A DNA stretch of 62,867 nt, filler included. It is 6 parts of 6 records of this genome, joined end to end, with 100 filler letters (N's around TTAATTAATTAA, not from the genome) between each part and the next. Parts side by side here need not be neighbours in the genome. Positions count along the whole stretch, not along the records: positions 51,638 to 62,867 come from SRR22947727_4728; 5 more parts are not named here. One strand, given 5' to 3'. Shown here one piece after another: positions 62,260-62,867 of the stretch (position 1 is the first letter of the stretch; every line of letters begins with the position of its first letter). The notes beneath the pieces were generated by a model, which made no database searches, was not told the origin of the DNA, and saw only the letters and a list, made by a program, of their open reading frames with translations. Made by a program: the position numbers and the translations under genes.

Positions 62260-62867
62260 TAAATATTTCTTTTAAAGTTGAATAATTAATTGCTTGGGCA
62301 GGATCACTAATTGATTTATCGGGTTCAGGATGACATTCTATTATTAAGCCATCAGCACCTACAGCCATAGCAGCTTTTGATATAGGTTGTACAAAATTTC
62401 TATACCCCGTTGAATGGCTAGGATCATATATTATAGGGATATTTGTTAACTCTTTTAATGCTGGGATCATCATAAGATCAGGCGCCCATCTAATAGTAGG
62501 GAAAACATGTCTATAACTAGGCATGCCAACTACACCTCTTAAACATATAGCAATATTATCATTACCACCTACTAAAATACGTTCACAAGCCCCTAAGATT
62601 TCATCTATAGTGCCCCAAGTTCCTCTTTTTAAGAGTATAGGAGTATTACATTTACCTAATGCATCCAATAAAGTATAATTTTGAAAATTTCTAGTTCCTA
62701 TTTGAAATACATCAGCTACTTCACCTACTTCTTCTATCATGCTAGCATCCATTACTTCAGTTACAATAGGTAAACCTGATTGTTTTTTGGCTTCTTTAAG
62801 TAATTCAAGTCCTTCTTTTCTAAGACCTTCTTTCCACCCATTAGTTTCTTTTAAAATAGGATAAGTA
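62252..62867 (-). CDS. DAHP synthase (class I-beta)/KDO8P synthase-family aldolase, 5'-truncated
   Basis: Frame open to window end: EGL..EGLELL..GLPIVTEVMD, QIGTRNFQNY, LKRG, DPSHSTG, GLIIECHP..SD. Confidence 0.8.
   Translation of the reverse strand, partial: TYPILKETNGWKEGLRKEGLELLKEAKKQSGLPIVTEVMDASMIEEVGEVADVFQIGTRNFQNYTLLDALGKCNTPILLKRGTWGTIDEILGACERILVGGNDNIAICLRGVVGMPSYRHVFPTIRWAPDLMMIPALKELTNIPIIYDPSHSTGYRNFVQPISKAAMAVGADGLIIECHPEPDKSISDPAQAINYSTLKEIFND

Larger units (their letters stand above)
51638..62867 (-). mobile_element. Probable large bacteriophage genome fragment
   Basis: No housekeeping genes; co-oriented tiny orphan ORFs, TraR-type zinc finger, mosaic GT/methyltransferase cluster with no Wzx/Wzy visible; no virion or terminase hallmark in view. 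Confidence 0.55.

Overview
The window is not one locus. It is six unrelated contigs joined by 100-nt artificial linkers (N44-TTAATTAATTAA-N44) at 16077-16176, 22646-22745, 29385-29484, 38201-38300 and 51538-51637. Taxonomic labels below are inferred from gene content. (1) 1-16076: Flavobacteriaceae-like Wzx/Wzy surface-polysaccharide locus (UDP-GalNAcA, amidotransferase, L-FucNAc genes). (2) 16177-22645: alphaproteobacterial rpmH-rnpA-yidC-engB-argB region, bounded by a perfect 30-bp terminal inverted repeat. (3) 22746-29384: AT-rich SAR11-like alphaproteobacterium (argG, rpoE-chrR, aldo-keto reductase). (4) 29485-38200: SAR86-like gammaproteobacterium (thyA-folA, six-gene TtpC-type TonB system, ACE-like M2 peptidase, efp). 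(5) 38301-51537: streamlined marine actinobacterium (Ca. Actinomarina-like) dapA-ftsK-phnDCEE-cinA-recA-miaB-miaA-dapF-lexA. It hides a UGA-split TlpA-like selenoprotein (UxxC) with a SECIS hairpin, a LexA box before recA, and several apparently leaderless genes. (6) 51638-62867: probable large-phage fragment (no hallmark gene visible). It carries a nonulosonic-acid/glycosylation cluster (NeuB, NeuA, a eukaryote-type GT29 sialyltransferase homolog, a divergent DAHP-synthase-like aldolase, a Maf-like/GT2 fusion, methyltransferases) followed by tiny ORFs, including a TraR/DksA zinc finger and integron attC-like cassette boundaries.
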